DNA from: Podarcis pityusensis
Taxonomy: Eukaryota
Length of the DNA stretch: 64,000 bases
Assembly: GCA_964106645.2 (NCBI GenBank)
Contig: OZ067048.1
Strand: one strand, 5' to 3'
Positions 10,350 to 23,850 of the stretch are shown here, one piece after another. Each line of letters opens with the position of its first letter. Within the stretch, counting starts at the first letter, position 1. The translations under genes were made by a program, and so were the position numbers. Under the pieces are notes generated by a model, which did no database searches, was not told the DNA's origin, and was given only the letters and a program-made list of their open reading frames with translations.

Positions 10350-12900
10350 CATACAAAGTCAAACTTTTGGATTTTGTTGTAGAACAGGGCGGGGACTAAT
10401 GAGGGACAAGTTCTTAGGGCTCTTGACTGTAGTACGTTCTGATTGACAGGTGGGCATAATGCCAAATTGAATACATGGCACATAGCCAGAAGAAGGTGTT
10501 GCTACCACCTTTGGAAGCTGGGGCTGTCGGCTACTGTTGGAGTTGCCCAATCTCCCTGCCACACAGCCAGCGTTTGCATTGGGGATTTGTCAGGAACATC
10601 ATGGGCATGCTCACAATGGACTTCAGGTTTCTGGAGTTTACGGTGGGTGGGGAAGTTCTCATTGAGGGGAGGAGACAACAGCACATGGCACAAATACATC
10701 CCATCAAGCACTTTCCACTAGTGTGCATGAAAAACATTGAGAGAGGTTTTGGAGGCATGAAACTGAAAACACTCCTGCATGGACAAAGGTGCGCAAACGA
10801 GACACATAGAGGGGGACAACAGTGGATATTTATTGGGGGAGGGTGTGTGGCTGTTGTCATAATACTGAACTTAACTGATTTAAATGAAATACTTGGGCTC
10901 TGGGGGATAAAACAAATGAGCGGCTCAAAAGGCAATGCTGGAACACATGGCCTGGCTGAAATAGAGGAAGGTGTTTCTGGACGTGTGTAGAGCACATTTC
11001 CCCTTCACTATCTTGGCAGCATTTAGGCATCTGAGGTAAATATCCCAGGAACACCTTGGACAGCAGCAACCTGTATTTTCCTATCAATAGCAAAAGTCAT
11101 TTTGAAGAAACTAAGTGGCACAGCTGGTTAAATAAAACCAAGAGGAAAACAAGTTTTAAAGAGAAGCTTTGGGTTGATACTTTCTGCTAAAAAGTTCCCC
11201 ACCCGTGACAGATTTCTTTTTGAATTTTCCCAGATGACCTGAGAATGTGAAGAAAGTGACCCCCCCCCCCCGAGAAGCCTGAGAATGGGGCTGAGAAAGT
11301 GCAAAGGCATTGACTGAGCCCTGGACTAGGCTGCAGGTTGCAGGGATTATTTTGATAGCTCCATGCAGAAAAAAAGGACACCAGTAGGCAGCCCTGGAAG
11401 TACCAGGTTGTTAGATATGAGAGAGGACATCTAGGCAGGCTAACATTATGAAATACAAATTCTTCCTCTGGGCAGGACCAAACACTTACCAGAGACTAAA
11501 ACATCTAAGAGGGTAAGGGGAATTTTTTTGTCTTCCAGTATGGAGCAAGATTTGCACAAGCCAGGAGCAAGCTGCCTCTCTAACACAGAATTATTCAGGT
11601 ACATTTTTTTGGCTCATCCAGTAGGAAGTATTTTGAGATGACAGAATTACAGGAAAAAGACAAGAGCAACATGCGAGTAAAAAGATTATAATCCTATATT
11701 AATGTATCCAAAGGTTATACTTATGCCACAACATCTGCTGCTTTTAAAACGTAAGCCCTCCAGTACAGTATTTGCAAATGTCACAAGGTTAGCGCACATC
11801 TGTACCCAGTTACCACCATTTTACTTCGCTCTATGCAGTTGAAACAATTCTGGGACATCTGAGGTGCATTTGTACCATGAGATGCAAAATATCATTTTGT
11901 GGAAAACTGCAACCACAAAATTACTAATGGGGGTGGGGGAATTCAGCTACCAGAAATAAATAACGGGCGATGTCTCTAGAATGTTACATTGTTTTGTTAC
12001 GAGATCCAGAAGCTACTTTCTTAAAGAGCTTGCAGCTGAGCAAAATACAACATTGCTAATAAAAAATAATTAGGGTCTGCATTAAAATATTTTAGTGTGG
12101 AACATGCCTTGTTCAGGATACTGCAAGCCCATTTCCCCTCCCTCCTGGTTTTCCATCCCTCCTCCTGACAGTCAGTTAGCATTTCTGTGGTCACTGAAAA
12201 GGGTCAGTCATTAGGTTGTTATGGGGGGAACAGGTCCCCCTTAAAACTCCCTCCCTAAAGTTTATTGTACTTGCGGTTTTGCTGGGCTTGCTGATACCTC
12301 CCTTTTGTATATGATTGGAACTCTTTTGGTTACTTAAGCAACAACGTACATTTTTCAACAATGGAAACTGAGCAATGATAGGAGTCAAGGAAATATGCTT
12401 TCTTAGGCAGAAAAAGAGTTCTATTCTGACCTGTTTTTAATGCAGCTTTTACTTTAAGAAAAAAATTAAAAGATAAGAAGGCAATCGTGGGTTTTGACAG
12501 AAGGTTTAGCTGGAACAGGACAGGGCCCAGAAGTGGTTTGTGGGAGAAATTGGCAAGCAAACTATCAAGTAAATGTTCTGGTGTGAAGGTGGGTGATAAG
12601 AAGGAATATGTTGAAATGTTGACAGACTCTTGGTGTTGACGGAGATGCGTCTATTTTTTAAAAATTTTTTAGGACATCATGAATAATGGTGCAAGGTGAA
12701 CACTGCTAAAATGCGTAGCAGTACTTCCGATGCCATAAAAAATATAGGAAAGGTTAAACAAGATCTAGTTGTGTCTCGTGAGCTATGGTGCATTGTGCAG
12801 TATGAGTTAATCAGGAAGCTTTCAGGAGAAGTGCAGGAAATACTTGGGGGCATTAAGAAAAGATGCAAAGGGCAAGTATTTCCATCACGGCAATAGATGG
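10350..12900 (-). pseudogene. Highly decayed L1/Tx1-clade ORF2 (RT to C-terminus) relic
   Basis: Minus-strand peptides fall in L1 ORF2 order: LPKKAYFLDS (~DxEKAFD), REGVLRGTCSPHNNLMTDPF (~RGVRQGCPLSP.LFNL..EPL), IPLTLLDVLVSGKCLVLPR (~LPLSL.GRI..IK..VLPR), ASKTSLNVFHAH*WKVLDGMYL (~S.N......YKI.H.WYL). Many stops and frameshifts. Confidence 0.5.
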
Positions 12901-15031
12901 AAAAGTTTGCTCTAATTCAACAGCGTTATATTGCTTTGAACACAAGTAGGATTTTTATGCTGAATAATAGCTTTATGTAGAATTTCTGCAGCCATAATTC
13001 TTTCTCCAGGCCTTTCAGTAGCTGCACTGGAGGACTACAGGTTGTTTTTTAAATTACATTTTCCATGCCATTTAGTGCTCCAAGGCCCATGTGCTGAAAA
13101 TGAAAATTTAAGAAAGTTCCCATGGCCTGGATGAATTTCTGATGAATAGAAAAGGGTGAGTTGCATCTCCCTGACCCTCGGCTGCATTTCTACCCCTCTG
13201 CAGCTTCAGTGACATCAAAGGTTACAGATTGTTTTGAATGAATAGAGGCCTTTATGAACTATGCCTGTTCAGCACAGGAGAACCTGGTGGCAGTCATTTC
13301 ATATCAGGAGAACTGGCAGTATTTGGGATTTTCTTTTTAAAATAACGTGATATTCAAAGCAAAAAATCAGTCCCTTGGGAATATTTCTTTGGGGAAATAC
13401 TCCCGAGTGTCAAATTTATTCTGACTTTCTTACTGCTCTAAATGGAAGTGAGTTGAAAATTGTCCTGTTAAAAAAACTTGGGAGCTTTCAGAAAACCTCC
13501 CACAAATGGAACTTTTCATTTCCTCCTCCTTTTAGTTCTAAGCCCTTTTGTTTCACCCCTCTGCTGCTGTTTTGGCACCTTATTCTTCTCACTGCTTGAT
13601 TTCAATCAGTTTGTAGATTACATAGTCAGCAAGACGATGCCTGCACCCACCCACCAAATCAGATAACCTGTTCAATACCACTGAGGGCATGCAAAGAATG
13701 GCTGGCTCCAGCTCCGACGTGATGTATCTCCATTGCATGCAGAAGACTCCCAGGTTCAATCCCAGACATGTCCAGCTTAGGGATGGGGAAGATTCCTGGA
13801 GAGCCATTGCCAATCAGTGTTTCATTTCCATTGGTTCATCCCAAAAAGGCAGTTTCCTATGTTCCTAAATGAAGCAGCACTGGGCTTTGGAGAAGAGGGG
13901 AATTTGCCTCAGAATTGCTGAGGCAACTGTGTGACAGTCCCTGCTCTTTTCCACTATGGTGGCAGAATCATTGGAGCATTGCTGAGTGCCTCCACAATGC
14001 AAAGATGCACTCCATTTTCCTGTCACAGCCCAACACATGGGCATTTCTGCTCTGATTGTGTTACCCCCCCCCCAAATGATCACCCAAATGGATGCTATTT
14101 TTCCCCCTCACAGGACCTGAAAGTTTTATTAAAAAGGAAAGAAAGAAGCTTTCCTCTCTGGGCAGCTTTTAATACATCGAAAGTTAGATAAGGTGGATCT
14201 TGTTATAGAGGTTTATAGCGTAAGATGCAATTTGTTTGTCATTTTGAGATGGAAGGGAGAAAATGTGAGTTGTCATCAAACATATGGCTACTCATCATAA
14301 GCAAGGTACTTAGATGGATAAATAGATTTATGAAGGGAAACTGTGCTCAGAGAGCTGTTTGACCCTGAAGTGGTAACTTTTGATCAAAATATATCTATCT
14401 TTTTCTTTTACTTATTGAGATATCCTCTTCCCTGAAATGCTAAAATCTGTTGTTGTCCTGTTTCCCACTGCCTTAATCAGCAACAATGAGCATTAAACCC
14501 TTCAAATTGTGGTTTTACACTGAAGAAACACAAATGTTTAGAAGGTATATAAAGCCATATGGTGACATCCCCTCTCTAACGCTAGGTGTCACTGCAGGAC
14601 TGAGAGAGCACTTAACTGGAGACGTTAATAATAATACCTCTTATTTCCTGGTCTGGTCCTCTTAGGTTTCTCCCTCAAAGAAGAGAGCAGAGTAGCAGAG
14701 ACTGTAGACATAGCAGTCACAGTACTTTCAAAATGAGAATATTAAAAAGAAGGTTGTTTGTAGTAGTTGTCCCACCCCCAATGTCAAGCTATAAGAGTAC
14801 CTTATTCAACAAAATCATTTAAAAGATGCTGCTGTTCTGAAGTTACTAATAGATTTATCTAGTGAAAAACAGAGTGTCATTTCTCGAACAAGGAAATTCT
14901 AAAATCTCACTTCCCATGTATGTGTGTGTGTACATGTGTGTACACGTGTGTGTGTGTTTGTGTTGTGTCTGCAAGCTGAGATGTGCTTTCAGTGGTTCTG
15001 CATCCCTGTAGCATGTATGCTCAATGCAAAT

Positions 15032-15627
15032 CATAGCTGTCAATTTACAGATTTGAAAATAAGGGACCAGCAGCCTTGAAAATACGGGACCAACAGCCAA
15101 AATAAGGGACCTGCAGCCTCACCTGTTCCAGGCACTCCAGTCTTCCTGTCCTCCTGCAGTCTGGTCAAACTCATGCTGGGTAGCTTCAAGAACATTGTCC
15201 AACCAACTTTGTAACCAGAGGTTCAACTGAATAGAATCTGAATCACATGCACCACAAGGCCTATGCAGCCTCAACTTAAGATGGCTCCTCGGCCTGGCTT
15301 TGCACTGCAAAGTTTGCAGCAGCATGTGCAACAAAATGGCATCCAGAATTCAAAAAACCCCTCAGCTTGCATTAACTAGCCACACACAAGGCATGCAAGC
15401 TCCACCCCCCAGTCGTTCTTAGACTTCTTATTGGGTGAGCAACACAGCCAAGCAACACAGTTGGAGCCTCCCTCCTCCCTGGCCGGCAGGGAGGGAGGGA
15501 GAGGAGCTGCTTCCTTTGAAATTTAAGGGACATCATTTAAGGGACATCCATCAATAAGGGACAGCAGCGGGACATGGCGCTGGAATAAGGGACTGTCCCT
15601 TCAAATAAGGGACACTTGACAGCTTTG
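15032..15627. mobile_element. Non-autonomous hAT element carrying a BovB fragment
   Basis: TIRs CATAGCTGTCAA / TTGACAGCTTTG. Perfect 8-bp TSD ATGCAAAT (15024-15031, 15628-15635). Clustered AATAAGGGAC-type subterminal repeats at both ends. Confidence 0.9.
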
Positions 15628-18600
15628 ATGCAAATGCAGTAAAAAAAATAATCCTACGTATTGCTCTCGCATATTGCAGGATAGTTGAAGTTGCATCTGT
15701 AATATGTCTCTGGTCAAACTGTGTTGTGTGAAACGGCATATGTGTGTGTGTGTGTGTGTATACTTATTGTGACAGAATCTCACAATAAGTAAAGCAAGAA
15801 TATTATCCAGCTAGATTCAAGCCACCTCTGCTCCTATGTCCTTCAGAGGAATTTGCTGCTCTGATAAATTGAAAGTGCGATGTGATGGATTAGTTAAGAA
15901 TTGGCCATGACTTTCCTTCATATAACTTTAACAGCAGGGTGTGCAGCATAATCCTATGCACACTTACTTGAAAGCAAGCCTTATTTAACTCAGTTGGGTT
16001 TACACCCGGTTAGGTGTTGTATAGAACTGCAGCCTCCACCTGTTGGGAATATTTCCTGCTCAGACCCCACAGAAATGAATGAGAAAGTGTACATGTATAT
16101 GGATGTGCTTCTGAATATAGTCTGTTAATATTTTGTCTCTTTGCTTTGTTTACCATTTATGACTTTGATTCCACGTGTTTAATGTTAGTATGTATTTCAT
16201 TTTCCTACTTTTTAAACTCATAATTTTTTTTTTTTACATTGCTCTTTGTTTGTTACCATCCCTTTACAATACTGTTGCTCAGTATTTTAGCCTCATTGTT
16301 GTGTTTCTTAATAAAGTTGCAATCCTGTATCCTGAAGTTAATCTGCATTTATCTCAATGGAACTTACTTCTGAGTAGACATGTATCAGAGTACAGTGTCA
16401 AAGTCAAGTTACTTGAGCTTTATTCCTTTATCTGAGTTGTGTTGTTGCTTCTTTTGGTAATTGCATTTGATTTGTTCTCTTCTTTTCTATGATTCATGTA
16501 GGTTTATCTGCAAACTTATTATTTTTCTGCTTTCTTAAACTAGGTTTTTTTTTGCATTCTTTCTGTATTCACATTTTCTTTTAGTACCATTTTATGTCCT
16601 CACTACCTTTCTCTTACATTCTGTCTTCTATTGTCCCAGTTTCAATATTTTTACTGGCGAAGATTCATCCTCTTCAGTCTGTCTGTGGTTAACAGAACCA
16701 TACAGTATTTTATGCATCTTAAGTTTGGGAAATTGTTTTGACTAATGCTGGGTGCACTAATATTGTGTATTATGAATTCATGAACTGACCATTTCTCCCA
16801 ATGTTCAAATCCATGGTCCTACCTCAACCTACAAAATTATTGAAAATTTGTTTAATTATGGATTTCTGTCTACAAGGTAATCAGCAAGGTGGCATTTGGA
16901 ATGGATGAACATTCAGAATGTGTTGAACAGAATAATTAAGATTTCCTTTGGAAACGAACACTGTAATAAATTGGACTTGATGGAGTAAGATGATAGTACA
17001 GATGAATTAGTTGCTTTGTATGCCACTAGGCACATTACACTCTGGGAAAAATCCTCTGTGTTTTTAATATGTAGTTTGTAGGTAGGCAGGAAATCTACAA
17101 AATGACTGCAAAGTACCCAGTGGTATAAGCACTGATCTCCTATTCGCTCAACTCATACTTTCATTATGGGGTGCAAGGAGGGTGATACCCTTACCAGAGC
17201 ACAATTAATGCTAATGAATATCAAATATTATTTAACTCTGCAAACTATACTACTACAATATCCATGAATCAACTCAAAGCAGTTGCTTGGGGCAGGAGAT
17301 TTGGGGCTGAAAGCAGGAACAAGTGCAATGTGGGTAGGTTTGAGGTACCAATCCATTGCTGCCTGATACATAAACCATTTATCTGATTTACAAAAGGCTC
17401 CATCAAGTTTGTTCTGTTGCCTCAGGCTTTTGTCATGGTTCAGACTGAACGGGAAAGCCCAGCACAAGAACTTCCATCTCCTTCTCATCAGTGGAGGACA
17501 GTAGCCTTGCATTCGTTGGTCTTTAAAGCTGGTCTTCCAAGCACGATTTATGCAAGTTCCATTAAGATGAATGGGCATGGCAGCTCCCATTCACTTCAGT
17601 GGTACTCGTGCAGGTGGTGAATATGCTGCCCAAACATTGGCCCTGGGAGTGGAGTGAGGCAGCTGCTCCGCAGATGAGCCATAATCCGTATTCTCCCAGC
17701 TTTCATTTTCATTTTTATTTTAACCTTTGGGGAGAGAGATGAGGGAAAATGTGCAGGTATATATACTCCTCTAGCCTTTCAGTGCTTTTAGAAAATGAAC
17801 TAGGGCTGCATATACACCATACATTTAAAGCACATGCATTTCCCCAACGTGACCTATTATCTGTAGTTTACCCCTGAGAGCTACAATTCTCAGCACCCTT
17901 AACAAACTGCAGTTCCCATGATTATTTTAGGGAACTTTTAATTTATGGCATATGACTAACATTTTAAAGTGTAGATTTATTTATTTATTTATTTATTTAT
18001 TTATTTTCATTAGGAAAAAAGATGACAAATCTCTAGACTCCAGAAAAGAAATGCCTCAGTTGTTGTTTTTAAGTCTCTTATTTTGGTTTTTGCAAGTTCA
18101 GAAATAATGCAGCAGTGAATCAGCAGTAGTGTGTCAACCCCAAACAAAAAGCAGCAGCTTAGACAGCAAATACGCAATCTTTCTAAACTTAGGTTTTATT
18201 TCTTACAAAAATATGTTGGCTTACCATAGTTGGTAAGCACTTTAAAAACTGCTCTGCTGTTGCACAATAAAGTCCATTGTTATTGTACTTCAGGGAGCAG
18301 GGCTAGGGATACGAGAGTGTGGGTTACACCAGCCCTTCAAAGTAGTCCAGTACTGTGTGCTATTGGGGGGAGGGGGGAGTTAGATCAGAAGATGTTTATT
18401 ACGGTGTGTTGCATTTTGGGAGGAAACGCAGTAGCGGTGTGGCTGTGGGTCTGATTGTAGCAGCAGTGCAGTTAATCAAAAGCATGAAGAGCGCCAGGGA
18501 AAGAACTGACAGCTTCAAGGTGGCTAGACGGATCTGGATATCAAGTCTCCCCACTGATCAGGGTGGGGGAAGCTATGCACCTTGAGATGTGCTAGCACTC

Positions 18601-18654
18601 AATGCTTGCTGGGGCTGGTGGGAACTGAAGATGGAGCAAGCTTGTTTTCTCCTG

Positions 18655-18870
18655 CTCTGGAGGGTAGGACTCAAACCAATGGCTTCAAGTTACAAGAAAG
18701 GAGATTCCAACTAAACTTCAGGAAGAACTTTCTGATAGTAAGAGCTGTTCGACAGTGAAACAAACTCCCTCGGAAGGTGGTGGAGTCTCCTTCCTTGGGA
18801 GTTTTTAAACTGGGGTTGGATGGCCACCTGTGATTCCTGCATTGCAGAGGGCTGAAAGAGAGAATCCTTG
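18655..18870 (+). mobile_element. CR1 LINE 3' fragment
   Basis: Encodes GRTQTNGFKLQERRFQLNFRKNFLIVRAVRQ*NKLPRKVVESPSL, a typical CR1 ORF2 end, followed by ATTCCTGCATTGCAG. Confidence 0.85.
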
Positions 18871-19270
18871 TCTGATCTGGATGCCCCTGGGCCTGTAGTT
18901 TTATTTAATCAAAATCTAATTGTAGGGTAATGGGGATTTTCTGCAGAGGCTGCTTTCCCAGTTTGCAGCAGAGGCATGCTTCCCAGTCCTTGGGTGTAAT
19001 GGCTTATGCAGGAGCAGAAGAATCAATATGTGAGGTTCTCCTCCAAAGCCTGCATTCTTATGCCCCCTAACCTGGGAGTAAATCAATTGAACAGAGTGGG
19101 GCTTGCTTCTACCCCAATACAATCCTTTCTTTCAAAGCAATGTTTATCTGGCACCTGTGGTAGAAGATTTGCCACCCTGTTGCTTGCAGAGAAAAAGAGA
19201 GCAGGAAATTAAGTAGGATAAAATACACCACTGCAAAGCTCTTGCCTTTCGGCTGCAATCCTTTGAGCAC

Positions 19271-20040
19271 TTACAGACATTGATAGAATGCTTTCAATAT
19301 ATTTCTTCTAATTGGTGCTCTTTGGATGAACTCATTAACTATAACATTAAACAGATCTCTTGGGAGACGGATCTTATGCCCATGCAGAAGAGCCAGATGA
19401 CTCAGTCTAGCCTGCCCCACGCTTGACCGCAGAAAGGCCTTTATTCTACGAAGGCATGAGAATGACCTTTCTGGTGAAACAGGTACAGTGAAGTCTATTC
19501 TAATCAGCTCTGTCAGTTCTGGTAGTATCTGTTGCATATATTTCCAATGTTTCTCACTCAGAAGATCTAACATCCTGAAGAACTGAAAGTTTAGCTTTCT
19601 GTACTCTGGGATTTTGTGTTTCAGGATGAAGCTGTACTATGGAAACATTACAGTCAGTTTTGTAAAAGCCTAAATTGTATAGCTGATATCCAGTATTCTG
19701 TGAGCAGAAATGTGCTTGTGCTTCTCCTTCCTCTCCCTGCCCCCTGCTGTCCCCCCTGCATCCCTCAGATATGCTCTGGAGGGTCCCTAGCTAGACATAG
19801 TTGGATATTCCTCTATCTTCTTTTCAACTTCTCCTATGGCTCATGTTTCAGATTTGCTCACGTATTGCCACACATCTGAGTAAAAGTGAGTGTAACTCCT
19901 AGTTATATTATCACCTGCTGTCTCATAGAATGCCTTTGATTGAAACTGATAAGGATCACATTCAGCATCAATATGCCACGGAGGTGTTATGAGACTGGAA
20001 AGAGCGGGACTCTCTAAATATAGGTCTTTTGCTGTCATAG
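19271..20040 (-). pseudogene. Decayed hAT transposase C-terminus (hATC dimerisation domain, ZMYM1/PRKRIR-like)
   Basis: ORF 19271-19573 contains LPELTELIRIDFTVPVSPERSFSCLRRIKAFLRSSVGQARLSHLALL, the hAT dimerisation signature ERSFS.L..IK..LRS.M.Q.RL..LALL. The upstream frameshifted segment (PPWHIDAECDPYQF..FYE) fits the preceding region. Confidence 0.8.
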
Positions 20041-20194
20041 TGATATTTTTGTAGGTTCACAGTTCTCATCCCAGCATATGATTTGAGGCTACCAGCTTTC
20101 TGAAGTTCAGCAGATGTGGGTTTGGTCGGGGCCTGGGTAGGTGATCACCAGGGAATCACATGAAAGAGCATCTCCACTCCTGGACACTGAAGGC

Positions 20195-20479
20195 CAGCTC
20201 TAAGGGCCTTGTGGTGGTTCCCTCATTGCGAGAAGTGAAGTTACAGGGAGCCAGGCAGAGGACCTTCTTGGCAGTGGTACCCATCTTGTGAAATGCCCTC
20301 CTGTCAGATGTCAAGGACATAAGTAACTATACAGTCTGTAGAGGACATCTGAAGGCAGCCCTGTATAGGGAAGTTTATTTTAATGTTTTATTATGTTTTT
20401 TTATGTTGGGAGCTGCCCAGAGTGGCTGGGGCAACCCAGTCAGATGGGCAGGGTACAAATAATAAAAGTATTATTATTG
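20195..20479 (+). mobile_element. L2 LINE 3' end
   Basis: …GCAGAGGACCTTCTTGGCAGTGGTACCCATCTTGTGAAATGCCCTCC…CATCTGAAGGCAGCCCTGTATAGGGAAG…GCCCAGAGTGGCTGGGGCAACCCAGTCAGATGGGC…(TAT)n tail. Confidence 0.75.
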
Positions 20480-23400
20480 TATGTACCACCTTGACTTTTG
20501 TGGCAGAAGGAAGGTGGGATATAAATGCAAGACAAATAAAGTTGTTCTTCAGTTGTTTTGCTTTGCAGAAGCAAAAATGAGTTCTGTTTGCTAGAACTTA
20601 AGTTACTTTTTTGAAGAGTTATATGTCGGTGCAGCGTGTGATGAAATCCATTTGTCGATTTCCATGTGTTTTATTTTTCTCAAACACAGTTATCACCCAC
20701 AGGGCACATTCACTTCCTAGCAAGCATCCCGTTACTGCAAGGGACCTGGCAGGGAATGAGCTGCTTTCCCCCCTGCCCCAAGTTTTGTGCAGCTGCTGTC
20801 CTTGGTGCTTAATCTACCTGCTCTACGTTGAACAGCGTAGATGGGACCATTCTATTGCGAGAAGGATGTGCAGGTAGCTACCATGGCAGTCACAAGAATT
20901 CCCCCACGATCAGAACAGTACCTCTCTACGTGCATGCACACACCTGATAAGTGAAGGTTTTGGAGGAAACAACTTTCAAATTAAGCACAGTTGTGAGAAG
21001 CTGCTGAGGGATTGAGGAGAATCTATTTAGAAGTGGGCATACCACTGCCTCCTTCAAGGTGGCCCTCATGAAATGATGTGTTGGTTACTTTCTGGACCCA
21101 CCAGGTCACTCTCAATTGGATGGCCTTTTTGGATTATGACAGGCAGGTATGAGGGAACATGCAGTTGGTCTCACCACACCAAGCATCTTGTCCACATCAT
21201 CAGGCCTCACACATAGTTGAAGATTAAGACACCTTACCCTTTTCTCTCTCTCATCTCTGTGCTCCCCCCCCCCCCTCGCTATTTATAATACTGGAAAATG
21301 TGATTTGCCCCCTGGAGCTGTGATGAGAAGGTTATTGTTCTTGTGAAAAATGTTGAAGGTTCAGTTTATATTGAGTGAAGGAAGCTCTAGACCTATCCCA
21401 TTCTGTCTGTATGGCCCTGCAGTCTGTTGGGCCTAGTTTACACCTTGTCTCAGTCAGTCTCTCCCCCTGTTGTCCCTTAAATAGAGAGTTCAGCAGCCCA
21501 AGTCCCTACTTCAAAACACAAGGTTCTAAGTTTAAGCCCCGGGGTCCCTGGCACATGCCTCTGACTGAGTCAGAGCTGAGCACTCCTTCCAAATTGCTGT
21601 AAATTCTGGCTGTACCTAGCAATTATCAGGAAGGGGTTCAATCCAATCACCCTTTTTCCTGTCCAGTGAGTAATCAGCCCTGTCTGAACTGACAGGATCT
21701 ACTGTTTTGGTGGGCCAATAATTTTGTGCAACACTCAATTGCTGTAAACAAGGATCTCTGGATTGGGACGATGGGCGTTAAACTAGGTTTTTGTGTGTAT
21801 GGAATGGTGTTGTGAAATAACTCAGTGCTTTTACGCATTACATTAATTCAGTTACTCACCTTTGGTGCAATGCATAAAAACCAAGGCTTGTTGGAATATT
21901 CTTAAGAGTAATACCAAAAATCAGAGAGAGAAGGTTGCAGTCCTGTGTAGTCCTGAGAGTGAGTTCCATTTATTTCAGAGGAACTTGCCTCTAAGTAAAC
22001 ATATACAGAATTAGGCTTGGAAAGTGTGTTGTGGGATCTCGCTTTCTAATTGGGTAGTGACTCCTGTGTATCCTTTAGTTGAGAAACTGCCTGTCCTCTC
22101 AACCTTCTCTCTCACTCTTTTCCTGTCATTTTTCTTCTCCCCCCCCCCCTGCAGCTGGTTATAGTTTATGGAGCATGTTGCTGTGTTAATACCTTGTTAA
22201 GCCTGTTTCAGCTGCTGGGTCTTTGAGAGGTCAGTGTCAGGACTATTTTATCCTGAACCCTTGATGTGCAGGGTAAAACTGGGGACAGGTAGACCGTCTA
22301 CCGTCTTTCACTGCAGGGAGCCTAGTGCTCCAGGCATCGCCTCCCATAATGCAGTGCTGCTGGCAGTATAAGCAATAAAAAATAATATGTTTCTGGTCAA
22401 AAGTAATTAGGCCAACGTAAAGAAGCATTTATATTAATGGACTAGACATAACATCACCGGCATTGCTTGAGATTTCTCCATTCAGTTTGGTAAGGGCTGC
22501 AGGTGTTTAAGATCTGTTGAATGTTATTGTCTGTACTTTTCTGGCAGGTAGTGCAGGGGGGAAAAAGGCCTGCAGCTTGTAAACCATAAGTAAAAATAGA
22601 AGCATGGATTCAAAAATATAAAAGTTTAATATCATTGCACTTTGTGGCATTGAATCATGTGTGTCTGGTAGCTGGCATCTTGGAAAAATCAAGCTTCTCA
22701 TCTGAGGAGAATATATATATAAACTGTGAAATTATTTCCTGCTTTTTCCTCATACAGATGTAGGTGAGCAACATACATCACCATAAAATGAAAAACATAT
22801 TTTATGGGGACAAATGTGTATGAATCAGGTCTCAAATTTCAGTCTTGGTCAACAGAGCCAGGAAAGGTGACTGCAGACACATTTCTGTCTTTTCTTTTTC
22901 TGCTTAATTTCAACATGTAAGCTGAGTGGTCAATTTTCTGCACTCAGTTGGTTGTGAGGTTAATCGTAGGCCAAGAGTGTTTATGTTTCTGTAATGCCAG
23001 CTTAACTTTCTGGCTGCCACTACATTTTCAAAAGGTCTGCTTCTTTTATGCTGCAAAACTTAAAAAAATATCAACACTAATTAGACATTAATAAGGCATT
23101 CATATAATGAGAACCAAATGTTACATTTGTGTCATGTTCAATGTAGGCTCATGTAGGAGCCTAACCATTATTCAAAGTTAAGGAGAGGAGTGAAATAATT
23201 TCTACCAAATGTGTTGTGAAATGAATAACTGTTCCAGTGCCTGAACAATGTGTAGCAAGTTGTGAAATGTGAGTTTTTGATTGTTTTTATAATCCTTATT
23301 TATTTAACCGCCACCTGGGTTATCTTCTTTGATCCTTCAATCATACATAAGAGAAAATACTAATGAGTTGTATTTCTTTAGAATCTTCTGTTTAAATTTC

Positions 23401-23850
23401 TGTATTAACTTTGGGGCTGTTGAAGCTTGCTGGATAAAGAGTCACTCTCTAGTGCTGTTTTCTTAAACATGTGGAAAGATCACTCCTGTACTTAGCCAAA
23501 ATGAACAGATACAGCTAGGCTTAGTCTTCGGGGATCTCTCTGTAGAAATATGCAGAGCCTGTCCTTGGCTGTCTTCTTGCTAGGTATTCCTTGCAGATTC
23601 TCTGAAAAGCATAAGCTTATATGCAATATCATGAAAGCATGCACTGTTTCTAGCCAAAGACAAATAAAAGAATTTAAGCATGGATGCAGGCAGCACTTAC
23701 TCTCTCTGTGTAGACTGTCTGTTCCTCCTCCTGCTTAGAAATATTATTCAATACAACTAAATTATTGACTCTGCACTGGCCTCTTTCGAAACCACATGAA
23801 GGTGCTAGCAGGGACAGAGGCAGATTTAGGGTTCAGTCACACTGGGTGCA

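Noticed and set aside
13076-13156. Segment ending in a strong donor AAGG|GTGAGT
   Set aside because: Stops in all frames from the nearest plausible acceptor and no protein similarity.
15055-15115. Regularly spaced AAATAAGGGACC repeats resembling a CRISPR-like array
   Set aside because: Eukaryotic context with very short, similar spacers; these are hAT subterminal repeats.
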